Positions 25,437 through 37,311 of a DNA stretch of 64,000 nt are shown piece by piece. This DNA is from Vitrella brassicaformis CCMP3155. Taxonomy: Eukaryota > Protista > Chromerida. The stretch's first letter is position 1. Each line of letters begins with the position of its first letter. A model generated the notes under the pieces. It was not told the DNA's origin. It ran no database searches and saw only the letters and a program-made list of their open reading frames with translations. The stretch spans positions 1 to 64,000 of the forward strand of contig CDMY01000304.1 of assembly GCA_001179505.1 (NCBI GenBank), in the 5' to 3' direction. Position numbers and translations under genes: made by a program.

Positions 25437-25926
25437 CCTCACCGGCACCAGCAGCCGACCCACCCTCGAAGATCTCCACCCACAGACATTGAATGGCGAG
25501 ATGAGATGAGTGATGACGCTTCGAATCGATAGATCTCGACACAGAGATGGGCGTCGTCCGGATGCTCTGGAGAATGCTCCGGGGAAAGGTTGGGGTTTCC
25601 ACCGCGAGCTAAACACCCGGGGGGCGTCTCACTTTTTGCAAAGAAAAACTTTCTGCCAGTGCTCATCGCAAAGTCAACTGCAACGGCCGTTCGGACTGTC
25701 CGTCATGTCGACTGGCAGCCGCCTTGCGATTTGGGTGCGGGGTATTCGTTTTCTGGACGACGATGAGGCCCACGAGTCATTCATGTATGAGCATGAGAAG
25801 GCCATGGAGGCCGCCGAGCGTCGCTGGCCTGAGGTCAGGGAATCATTCGACTCGTGGGCCGGGAGGCAGGCAAAGTGAAATCCATCGCATGCATAGCATT
25901 GCTTGCATGTTTCTTCATTCGTCCAG

Positions 25927-28744
25927 GAGAAGATGCATGAGGCCTTCGGAGCCACCGACTTCAATTAGCAGAGCGGCCTCATGGACACCGACTGGCAGCG
26001 CTGGCACGCCCGCCTCGGCCCGCTGCGAGGGTGCCTTTGGGATCCGCCGGGTGCTTCGGGGAAGCGGCTGGCCCGACTGCTTGCCACCGAGGGCCGTCGG
26101 TGGCGTGAGGAGCAGCTGCCGAGTGAGCGCATCCTCATCTGCGCATGCACGATTCTCTTTCGGGCGCCAGATGTCACTGGCAAGGACATCGCCAAGACGG
26201 TGGAACGGCGGATGGACCAATGGGAGAAGCGCGACTTCGAGCAGCTCGTACAGGAGGCTGAGCGGAACAACGCCCTCCTGGCCACAAGGCCTGTCGGCAA
26301 GGACGACACCAACGAGGCCACTCTACGCCAATTCCGTCGCCTGATCGACAAGGGCAAGGTCAAGCAGGGCGTCCGGTTGCTGACCGAGCGGGGAGGGGGA
26401 GGCGCGCTGGACCCCAACGGCCTGGCTGAGGCCGATCCTGCGGGCCGCACCGTCCGAGAGGTCCTCGAGTCGAAGCACTCCGCCCAGAGCGACCCTGACC
26501 CATCCTCCTTCCTCGACCGGCCCCTCCCTCCCCTCACCCAGGTCGAGATCACCACCAACCACATCGACCGAGCCGCACGGGCAACGAAGGGAGGCGCCGG
26601 CCCTCTCGGTGGCGGGTCATCGGTCTGGCACCTTCTCCCTCTCAAGTTCGGCGCGGCAAGTGCGGAACTGCGCCGAGAGTTAGCGGCCATGACCTCACAC
26701 ATCGCCAACGAGGATGTGCCCTGGGAGCAGCTGCAGGCCCTACGCGCATGTCGGCTTATCGGACAGGACAAGCAACCGGGTGTGCGGCCCATCGAGATCG
26801 GGGAGGTCCTGATGCGCATCATGGGCAAGGCGATGGCCAAGGCGGTCGGGGTGGATGCGGAGATTGTATGCGGTGCGGACCAGCTGTGTACCGGGCTCAA
26901 GGGGGGGGGGCCTGGAGGGTGCCATTCATGCGATCTCCGGCCTATTCGACTCGGGTGGTGTAGAGTGCGCGCTGCTGGTGAATGCGACGAACGCCTACAA
27001 CACGATGGGTCGCGCTGCCGCCCTGTGAAACGTCCGCGTCCTGTGGTCGCGGTGCTCTCGCTTCCTATTCAACACCTATCGCGGCCATGCGGCCCTCTAT
27101 ATGCGTGACCAGTCCGCGCCGCTGTGGAGTTGAGAAGGGACCACACAAGGCGACCCCTTGGCCCACCTGTTCTACTCCGTGGCCACCCTGCCCCTCGTAT
27201 GGGAGATGAAGCGGCCAGTAGAGGGGGGCCCTCAGGCGTGGTTTGCCGACGACTCCGCCAAGGCGGGAGACCTCCAGGCGGTGCGTGATTGGTGGGCTGA
27301 GCTGCAGCGGAGAGGGCCACCGAGGGGCTATCACCCCAACGGCAAGAAGAGCCAGCTGGTGGTGCGGGCGGGTTGCGGAGCGGGCGCGAGAGGTGTTTGG
27401 CGATACCGACGTGGAGATCGTGAGTGGCGCTCGATATATGGGGGGATTTGTGGGGACCGCGGAGGGCAAGCGGGCCTACACCACCGAGAGGGTGCAGGAG
27501 TGGCAGCGGTGTGTCAACCGAATGGCGGAGGCGGCGGCCAAGTACCCACAGGCAGCCCACACGGCACTCACAACGTCTCTGCAGGCCGAGTGGGATTTCT
27601 TCATGCGAGTGATGCCTGAGGAGCGGGCGACATTCGAGCCCCTGCGAGATGCCCTCACTCACTACCTCACCCAGCTCTCCAGCCATGCAGTGACCCCCAC
27701 TGAGGCCCGGCTGATGATGCGGCCTGCGCGTCATGGGGGGATGGGGGTGATGGACCCGACGGAGCGAGTGGCAGCGGCATACGAGACGTCCACCAAGGGC
27801 ACTTCCCTGCTGGTGTCCACCATCCAGAACGGCGACCCACCTGATGGCCCCCCATTCAACCCCTTCCAGCACCGTGCCGATATGCACCAAGCGGTCAAGG
27901 AGGGGCGGTGGGCGACCGATGAGGCTGCCAAGGAGCGCTTCGAGGACGGCCTCCAGCAGCTGCCCCCAGAGAGACGACGGGCGGTCCACCGGGCGATCGA
28001 AGCCAAGACGGCCCCTGGGTGACTTGCCGGCCTGACGCAGAGGACCACACCGACCCGACGCTAAACGAGTTCCGCGACAACATGGCCATCCAGTACGCCT
28101 ATGAATCACCCAAGATGCCCACCCACTGCGACGGCTGCGAGGCTGCATACTCGCTCGACCACGCCCTCAACTGTGGAGTGGGTAGGTTGGTGATTCGGCG
28201 GCACGACGAGGTGGTGGACGTGCTGTGCGACCTTTCCGCCAAGGCTTGGGGCGAGTCGGCGGTCAGGAAGGAGGTGGTGATCGTGGAGCCGGAGGAGGGG
28301 GAGAAGGGGGGCGGACGGACGTGATGGGGGGGGGTGTGGGCGCGACAGAAGGACGTGTCGTTTGACCTCTGCATGACAAACGCTGACGCGTCTTCCTACC
28401 GCAAGCAATCAACCGCCTCCATCCTCAAGAGCAAGGCCACGGCCAAGAAGGTCTACCACAGCCGTGTGTGCGAGGACAAGTCCATCCACTTCACCCCTTT
28501 GTGCGTCACGGTGGATGGTGTGTGGGGCAGAGAGGCCAATGGTTTTGTCAACCGCGTGATTGAGAAGCTGCGCACCAAGGCTGCGTGGGCAGACAAGTTG
28601 TATAGCCAGGTGATGGGGTGGGTGCGTGCTCGTTTGTCTGTTGCACTGGCACGTCGTGCGAGTACGTGTGAGCGTGGTGGGCGGCGCCGCTGGAAGATAC
28701 GCCAGGCGGGCGCTGAGGATGGTGCTGACATGTTTGTCGCGTAA
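25927..28744 (+). mobile_element. Degenerate CRE-clade (R2-group, RLE-type) non-LTR retrotransposon
   Basis: RT motifs GVRPIEIGEVLMRI, LV(N)ATNAYN, GTTQGDPL, WFADD, GYHPNGKKS, YMGGFVG, PARHGGMG; zinc knuckle CDGCEAAYSLDHALNC; RRHDEV and ADV...FDL..TNAD...K endonuclease. Stops at 25966, 27026, 27131 and 28020; frameshifts near 26905, 27380, 28025 and 28315. No introns. Ends not resolved. Confidence 0.9.
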
Positions 28745-29064
28745 TTGAGGGTTGGTCGATTGACACAGTTCATTTCATGAGAGACCGACAGACTCTGCCT
28801 GCCGTCGCGCTATGAGTTAATGGATTTCATCCAAAAAATCATTTGTATGGCGTGCGTCCTGTCTGAATGTGACAGACATGTCCGCACACAATACATTTGC
28901 AAATAGCCCGACGCTCAATTGAGTGACGAAAGTGATTCCATCCACCATTCCTTCCTCTGTACACACAGCCCAACAGCCATGCAGTCAGTCGCCACACATG
29001 CAATGCTGTCCCACACGAGACGAGTCCACGGATGCCCACATGACCACCGTCTTGGCCGCCTCGC

Positions 29065-29142
29065 CCTCCTGTCTGTCTGTCTGTCTGTCTCCTCCTGTCT
29101 GTCTGTCTGTCTGTCTCCTCCTGTCTGTCTGTCTGTCTGTCT
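29065..29142. repeat. Three perfect tandem copies of the 26-nt unit CCTCCT(GTCT)5
   Basis: Units at 29065-29090, 29091-29116 and 29117-29142, directly after the MDC1-like stop codon on the minus strand. Confidence 0.9.
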
Positions 29143-29144
29143 CT

Positions 29145-32100
29145 CTATGGCTTGATGCGGTGTTTGTCCAGGAGTTTCTTGTCCACCGAGTACTGCATGA
29201 TGGCGTCAAACAGCAACTCCACACTGTAGTAGCTCACCACCCTGCTCCGATACGTCGGCCTACAAGACACATGACACACAACAACACATGACACCAGCCA
29301 GATAGCAGGCAGGCTGCACTGCACTCACTTGTATTTGGGTGTCTTGAGGTCGTGATCGGTAGCGATACAGAGGACGGTGCGCGTGCCGCCCCGCGAGTCG
29401 GCCTCCTCGTTGCTGTCGGGCACCTTGGTCGTCGAACTCCACAAGTCGCCACCAGCAGCTGCACAGAAAGCAGAAGGCAGCACAGCACGCACATAGCCGC
29501 AGCCGCCTAGAGTGTGTGTTTCGGTTCCTTTCATCCATCCGTACCTTTGACGAGGAGGGGCAGCAGTGGGTGTTTGGGGTCGTCCTTGACTGAGGGGCAC
29601 AGGTGCACCGTCGCGTGGGACAGGATGGGCTCCTGGTGCGCCTTGGCCAGCGTGTCGGCCAGACGAAACGAAAACTTCTTCTCGGCTGATGAATCCTAGA
29701 TACACTCAGAACCAAACACATACACACGGTCATCGACCGTGTGGAGGCATGTGTTCACTTATCTCACCTTAAGCAGATAGTCTTGGGCGTCGAGCAGACG
29801 GCCGCCGGAGCCACGAGTGGAAGCCTGGCTCCCCGTATGGCCCTCAACCCTGCACATAGTGACCCACCATGGTCCACACATCAACATACAGTCCTCCAAC
29901 AGCCAAAGTCCTTCTCCATCCCTCCTCTCCCTCCATCGTCCACTCACTTGGCGTCGTTGCAGGCGTCGATGTACTCTGGAGTGACGATCGGAATGCCCGC
30001 CGCCATGCCGTACAGCAACTTGGTCGTCCGCTTCGCTGCAGCCACACACACCGGACCACACCAACACAGGCGCATGGCATGGTGAAGACAAGAGCCCCCC
30101 CGCCTCCCCTTCTCCCTGGTCTGTCTGACCTTCCTTTGCGATGATGAGTGTGACGGGCGGGCTGTCCTCCCAGCCGCCATCATCCTTGTCCTTGAGCAGC
30201 CGCAGACCCAGCGACTGCACCACATGCTTGTTGAGGCTGTCCGGCCTGCAGCCGCCCGTCGTCAGCACACCGCCCTTGCGCACCGGGAAGCCCGCTCCTG
30301 CTGCTGCTGCTGGTGAGGGAGAAGCGGCCGCGGCTGACACAAAGACAGACAGACAGACAGACACGATGTGTGTGAGGGCGACCGTGTGCTGTACCTGGGG
30401 ATAAATGACCTGACTCCTTCTTGATACGTCGTCGTGGCGGCGGCTGTCTGTCTGTTCGCTGGCTGCGCCCGTCATCCGATGATGGCTCGCGCCGACCCCT
30501 GTTGCCCCGCCCACGACCGCCACCCCTCCCGCGCACAGCCATGACCTCACCATCACGACCGTCTGCACCGTCGTTGCTGCCTGCTCGCCCGGCGGCACCT
30601 CCGGAAGAACGGCGAAGACGGGACGGGGCATCCTCAGCTGACACGAAAGACACAAATGGCGGAGGGAGAGATATCAATGATCGGTGTCAGGTATTTCGCG
30701 CCGGCGTCTCACCTGATGCGATGGCGGGAGGGTGTTGGTCGTCGTCATCGTCATGCGATGGTGTGGCTCGTGAGGCAGGGGGCTTCTTGCGTTTCTTGCG
30801 AGGGGGCGCGGGCGGCTCGGCCACTGCGGGCTCGTCTGCCGCCTCGCCCTTCTCGTCAGCGTCCATCAGGTCCGCCCTTCTGCCCCTCTGAGGACGCTCG
30901 TCACCTGAATGAACAGTTCGACACACACGCACGCATCATGGCGTGAGTCAGCGGTATGTGTGTGTGATGCGATGGCCATACCGTCCGGTGATTTGTCCAC
31001 TGGGGACCGTTTCCTCTTCGGACGTCCCTTGGCCTTGCCCTTGGGCTTGCCGGTGGCCTTCTCGCCCTCATCGTGATCACCACCGTACTCATCTGAGACA
31101 AAGGGACAAGGATTCGAGAATTCGCAGATAATGCCATCTTTGACCCCCCCGTGCGTGTGTACCGTTCTGGTCGATGGGATGTCCGCTCGCCTTTGCCTGT
31201 TTCTTGGCTCTGGCCGCTTGGCGTTTGCCCTTGGCCTGGGGCCTCTTGCGGTCCTCGTGGTGCTCGTCTTGGCCAGCCGCCACTGCAGCGGCAGCAGCAG
31301 CAGCAGCAGCACTCGCAGGAGTCGCAGCCGGCTCGCCACCCTCGTCGACATCCATCGCCTTCTGGTCCCGACCATCTGACAAATGCATCACAGAGCGATT
31401 CATTCGTTGTCGGCACGCGTTGATCTGACCTGCCAGCGTACCTTCTCCCTCGTCCTCACGGCTCTTCTCCTCCTGCTTGACGTGGACCGCCTCCCTGCCC
31501 CTCTTGGCACCGCGGCCTCTCCTGGCCGTCGCCCTTATCTCAGGCTCGTCATCTCTGCCTGCATCGTCTTCGTCATCCTCTTGCTTGACACGCGGCCGCA
31601 GACCTCCGCGCCCCTTCTGCGGCGGGTGCGGCTCGTCTGACGGGTCGAAGGGCTTCGGCCGTGGCTTGGGCGTCCTACTCGAGGGCAGAAGACCAAAAAG
31701 ATAAGAAGAATGAGCCGATATGATGTGGCGGTGTGGGTCGGCTCTGGCTTCCCGCGTTCTCACCGTTTCTTCCTCTCCTGTGGTGGTGGTGGTGGCGGCG
31801 GTGGTGCTGGGGCCTCTTCCTCGGCTGTCGCCTCAGGATGCGGCTGGTGGCCATCGTCGTCCACTTCCATCTCGCGCACTTCGTCCCCGGCGCCCTCAGG
31901 CTGTGCCTCAGGCGGAGCCGCCTCTTGCTGCTGCTGATCCGTCATTTCCTCCTCTCCGTGGTGGTCAAGTGCAGCTGCCGGCGCTGCAGCTGCTGCTGCA
32001 GCACTGGCTTCAGCCGCCGCTCCCTGCCGCTCCTCCCCGCCCTCTTGCGCTGCTGCATCCTGCTGTGCTGCCGGTGCAGCAGCTGCTGCTGCTGCTGCAG

Positions 32101-33957
32101 CTGATGATGCCGCTGGAGTGGGAGCTCGCTCGCCTTCATCCGCCGATCTATTGGCCTCGCCGTGACCGTCACCAGCCGCTCCTTGCCCCTCCAACTCACC
32201 CTCACCCTCATCTCCCTCGTGCTGTGGAGCCGCCACTGCCTCTTCCCCTCCACCACCTGTCGGCTCCTCTTGCTGCCGACCCCCATCGTCGGCTTGTTGC
32301 TGGTCGCCGCCTGCTGCCCCATCGTCTAGCGGGGCAGCTGCTGGTGGTGCAGCTGCCGGGGCTGCCGCCTCGGGTGTGTTGTCTGGCTCGGTCTTCTCGG
32401 AGTCGTCGTCATTGTCGGGCGGTGGAGGGGGGTGCTCGTTGGCTGCTGGGGAGAGGTCCATGACAGTGGCGTCTTCGGCATCATCGTCGGCATTCGCTGC
32501 AGCCTCACCACCACCACCCGCTGCAGCAGCAGCGCCCGCCTCCCCAGCTGCACCTGAAAACACATACATACAGAGGGAGAATTCACACTTGCCATGTGGT
32601 TGCAGTGTCCTTATCTCACCTGCATGCTCGTTGTCATGCTGCGGTGGTGGCGACAAGGGATGGCCGGCATCCTCTGCAACCGTCGCGTCGTCGTCATCCG
32701 CACCGCCCCCGCCCTCGCCATCCATCTGCTGCTGCTGCTGCTGCTCTTGCTCTTGCTCCTGCTGCTGGTGGGGGTGTCCTTCATCAGCTGGAGGGTTCGG
32801 TGGCGGCTGGTCAGGGGGAGGCTCGGGGGGCTCCGATTGGCTGTCATCACTGTTGGCTGCGATATCTGCTGCAAAAAACAGTGCTTGCGACTCTGATAAT
32901 GGATGGATCGACACACAAGCACAGGAACAAACAAGGCATTCAAGTGCGTTTGCCCATCTCGCCCCCTCATTTGCACACAGCCCCCTTACCAACGATGTGA
33001 CGTCGCCCTCGATCGTCACTCCCCGGTGCCCCTCCCGACGTGCGTGCGGGCGGTGCCCCCAGATCCCTCTCGCCCTCCCCCTCCTGCTCATCGTCGGCGG
33101 CAGGTGCGTCGCCCTCACCTCCAACATCGCCTCCACCAGCAGCTCCAGCCTCTTCGCCAACCTGTTCCTCATCATGGTCGACAGCCGCTGCTGCTGCTGC
33201 TGCCGCTGGCTGGTATGGCACCGTGGCGTCTGCCTGGTACACATCATGGTACACATCGTCTTGACCCGCTGGCTCCCCTCGTGGCGGGCTGCCGGGTTGT
33301 TCGTCCTCGGTGACGGGTGGCGGCTGTCTGTAGTTGAGCGTGGGGCCTTCCTCCATGGTGTCTGGGGGGGGCTGGGGCATAGGGATGAGATCCGCACCAT
33401 ATGCCTGGGTGGGCTGCTCGTCGCCCGACGGTCTGGGAGGAGGCGCGGGAGGCTGTTGCTGTCTCACCGGTGGCTGGTTGGTGTCTGTCATTGGCTGTGT
33501 GGGTGACTGTGAGAGCCGTGGGGCGGCGGGGGGAGGGGGTGGGGGCGGCATAGGTGGCGGGGAGGGCATCAGCCGACGGTCCAGCCACTGCTTGAATGCT
33601 GGGACCATGACGAAGCGACAGCGGACGGCTGCAAGCGATAGGGAAGAACACACAATCATGGTGAGCGACGTTGCTATCCGTTGTGTGTGAGCGAGGGGAG
33701 TGAGGAGTGTCCGCCCGCTTACATCCAAATCGAATGATGCAGCCGTCGGACAGATCGTATCGCACGCCTGTCTTCAGTTTCTTCTCTCTGTTCTCTCTGT
33801 TCACAAAGCTGAACACGCGCAGACCCACACATCACCATGCACAAAACACAAGGAACGGTCGCTGCGTTGCGGGCTGCGAGTGTTACAGGCAGGCCTACAA
33901 TGTGCCATTGCTGCTGCCGGCGTCACGCATTTCGACGTTATCACTCTCCACATCTGA

Positions 33958-33989
<32 letters not shown>

Positions 33990-34546
33990 GCATTATGTTG
34001 TGCACGCACACATGGGCGCCTGGCTGGTCTCCCTACCTATGATTGCGTGTTTCTTCGAGACGGTGAGACTGCTGTCGCCCTCCACGAGCAGGTGCACACG
34101 ATGGCTGTGGACATCCTCCCCGTCCACAGCGACCTCCTCACCCTGCGAAACGAACGAACAGACGTCAGTCACGCAGAGGCAGTTGCGCGCAGAGTCAGTG
34201 TGGGCTGACCTCTTCCTCATGCCGTCGTCCGATGGTGTTGGCGCCCTTGCGTATGGCGAAGCGAGGCGGGTCGGGAGCAGCAGTGCCCTCTAACACAAGA
34301 TGACCGACCTGAGTGATGACACACACGCAGATACGGACAGTGGATGAGCGAGCAGAAGTAACTCACGCGACGTGTGTTTGGTCACCTCCTCTCCGAAGAA
34401 TTCCGATTCCCGGTCGTCATCATCGAAATTGCCGTACAGCTCACCATCTGAGTCAAGCAAAGCCATCCATCCATCCATCGTGCTGCCTTCCCTGCCTGCC
34501 TGCCTGCCTGCCTGCCAGCCTGCTTACTCATCGGCTGCGTCGCCAT
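29145..34546 (-). CDS. MDC1: MDC1-like DNA damage mediator: N-terminal FHA, long acidic disordered linker, C-terminal tandem BRCT
   Basis: Exon 1 MATQPM; FHA VGHLVLE...FAIRKGANTIGR...TVSKKHAII...MRDAGSSNGT...KLKTGVRYDLSDGCIIRFG; BRCT1 GGVLTTG...KRTTKLLYGMAAGIPIVTPEYIDAC; linker DYLLKDSSAEKKFSFRLADTLAKAHQEPIL; end YSVELLFDAIMQ. These closely parallel recalled human MDC1 segments. Confidence 0.8.
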
Positions 34547-34789
34547 CTTGTCTGTGCGATTGACTCAGCAAAGCGCCACTGCTCGGCTGCGTGATTCAGC
34601 AGCCCTCCCCTCACTCAAAGACGACGGACGCCAGCCGGCGGATGAATCAACAAAGCTATACAGCCGATGTCGCGCAGGTGAAGCAAATGTTGCTGCGCAT
34701 CAAGAAACACATCATGAGCGGCACCGTGCCTCCATCACCGGTCTATCAGCCGCTTTGAAAGCGTAAAGCGCGACGGTCACCCGATCCAC

Positions 34790-34802
34790 TTTGCGAGCTT
34801 AG
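34790..34802 (+). promoter_or_regulatory. Recurrent motif TTTGCGAGCTTAG in the divergent MDC1/NDH2 promoter
   Basis: The identical 13-mer also occurs at 57611-57623 in the divergent POLK/CHD1 promoter. Confidence 0.5.
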
Positions 34803-34925
34803 CTTTTGCAACACAACTCCTTCCTCCCGCTTCAAGGGTCGCTCGAAGGCCTCGCGTCATCGAGCTCAACAGATCCCATCGAGAAAGGCGTGAAATCGAT
34901 GACTTGAATGTGAAGCAATCAATCA

Positions 34926-37280
34926 ATGAGGCGGCTGACGGCGTGCTCTCTGTCCCTGGTGAGAGGTCCCGGGTCTGTGCGTGCGTGTCGGCTCATTCAC
35001 GTGACGGCCGTGCGGCTCAAGCGGCGCGATGAAATGGACTTCGGCGGCGATGTGTATGGGTCAAACCGCAAGGCTCGCCAGGGCCAGTTCGACGAGAAGA
35101 GGGTCGGTAGGCACGCCAGGCGCACAGACACTCGAGCGACAGGCATTGTTGGCGATTTCTGCTTGGTTGTTCTTGTGTGTGTCGGTTCGAATGCGCGTCT
35201 GTAGGAGAGGGTGGGTGTCGATAAGCTTGCCCAGGGGGTGGACGATCCCGAGTGGGATGTGGGCAAGATGATGGACAACGTAAGGAGCCCTGCACACTGA
35301 GAGTGCACCGATCCATCCCTTTCGGCCTGCCTTTGTCTGTGTGGGTGTGCAGGAGGACCCCACGAAGGCTCTGCCTCGCCCCGGTGACACGATGTCCGAG
35401 CGGTCGCTGGTGCAGGACTCCCTCGAGGAGGCTAAGCCCCTCCCGCCCAGCCAACAGCTGGAGCCCCCGAGCAGCATGCCGCGGCCGCGGCCAATCAAGC
35501 GGCGTGCTCGCATGGTGATCCTGGGCACCGGATGGGCCGCCATGAACTTCGTCAAAGACCTCGACAAGGAGCTCTATGACGTCACTGTGGTGAGTGACAA
35601 AAAGAGTCAGCCAGGAAGGGGAAGGATTTGGGCCGGGAGGGAGGGCGGGTGTGGCCGAGGGGCAAGTGTCGTGCGTGTGTGTGTGGTAGGTCTCTCCACG
35701 GAATTACTTCACGTTCACGCCCTTGCTGCCGTCGGTGTGCAGCGGCACACTCACCCCATTCAGGTGTGTCAAAAGAGGAAACTTTCTGTCGTCGTGTGTG
35801 CATCAGTGAGTGGTCATGGGGTGTGTGTGTGCGCAGCTGCATCGAGCCCTTCCGCCACTTCTGCCGGAACCCCAAGACGGGCAAAGTGGACGTCACATTC
35901 TATGAGGCATACGCAGAAGGTATTTGTTACTCACCCAGACAGACAGACACACACACACACACACACAAATGTTCCCTCCTCTGTGTCTGCAGACATCTCC
36001 TTCGTGCAGCAGCGGGTGACGTGCAAGTCAGCGGCTCAGCAGGTGAAGGCCCGCTCGAAGCCCAAGCCGTCCGCCCACCCCTTGCCGTTCCCATCCGAGT
36101 ACATCCCTCTGGAGGAGTACGACACGCTGTTCCACATCCCCTACGACTACCTGGTGGTTGCCGTGGGGGCGCAGAACAACACCTACAACATCCCTGGGGT
36201 GGAGGAGTACTCCTACTTCCTCAAGGAGATCGAACACGCACGCGACATCAGGAAACGCATCATGAACAACTTTGAAAAGGCATACCTACCGGGTAGGTCA
36301 GTAGCTGGCTGCGGGATGACTGCTCTCTCTCTCTCTCTCTCTACTCTGCCCACCTGTCTGTGTGGTGCAGGCGTGAGCTACGAGGAGAAAGAGCGGCTTC
36401 TTCACTTTGTCGTCGTGGTGGGTGGTGCCGGCAGACACAGAGTGCAGCCAAGGCCATTGAAATACACGTGTGTGTGTGTGTGTGTGTGGTTGACCGACAG
36501 GGTGGCGGCCCCACAGGCGTCGAGGCGGCCGCCGAGTTCATGGACTTCATCAGGGACGACATGAGCAAGTACTTCCCGGAGGAGGTGAGACGATCGACGC
36601 GACACAAACGGCCGTGGCTGACATGTTCTCCTCCATTTGGTGTTGTCCAGCTGATGTTGATGGCCAAAGTCACGCTCATCGAGATGGTAGGCGAGAGAAA
36701 AGATGGAGAGACACAAAGACATACGGCTGGACACGAAGAGTGCATTCATCGGTTTTGTTGGTGCATTGCAGAGTCCGCGATTGCTGCCCATGTTCTCCGG
36801 GGTAATCCATATTCAGTGACCTGCAAGGGACCAACACGTCTGTCTGCTCTCTTTGTCACGTTCCTTGCCATCAGGCCGTGAGCAAGCACACCAGGAAGGT
36901 CTTCAAGAAACTGGTGAGCGCTTGTCGCCGAGCCGATCCGCCCACCACAGAAACCTACCACTAGCGTGCTTCGGCCGTGCGTGTGTGTGTGTGTGTTGGT
37001 TAATGTATGTTGATATCAGGGCATCAGTGTGATGAGCGAGTATGCGGTCAGCGAGATCAAGGAGAAGACCATGACCGTCAAGAACCTCCGGACGCCGCGG
37101 CCATACGACGAGGACGAAGCCATCGGCAAGGACAGACCAGCTCAGGGGGAAACGGTGAGCAGGGGGTGCGTGGCAAGCTCAAGCTCACGTGAGCACGTCC
37201 CCCGCTGACCTGTGTTGTGTTGCTGCAGAAAGAGATGCCCTACGGCTTCGTTCTCTGGGCAGCAGGTGATTATTGACGCT

Positions 37281-37311
<31 letters not shown>

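Noticed and set aside
25510-25926. ORF 25510-25878 and a GT-AG segment 25875-25926 as a spliced 5' part of the retrotransposon
   Set aside because: Splicing would shift out of the RT frame, and I recognised no retroelement motif in it.
29065-29142. CRISPR-like array
   Set aside because: The units are contiguous with no spacers, there are no cas genes, and the context is eukaryotic.
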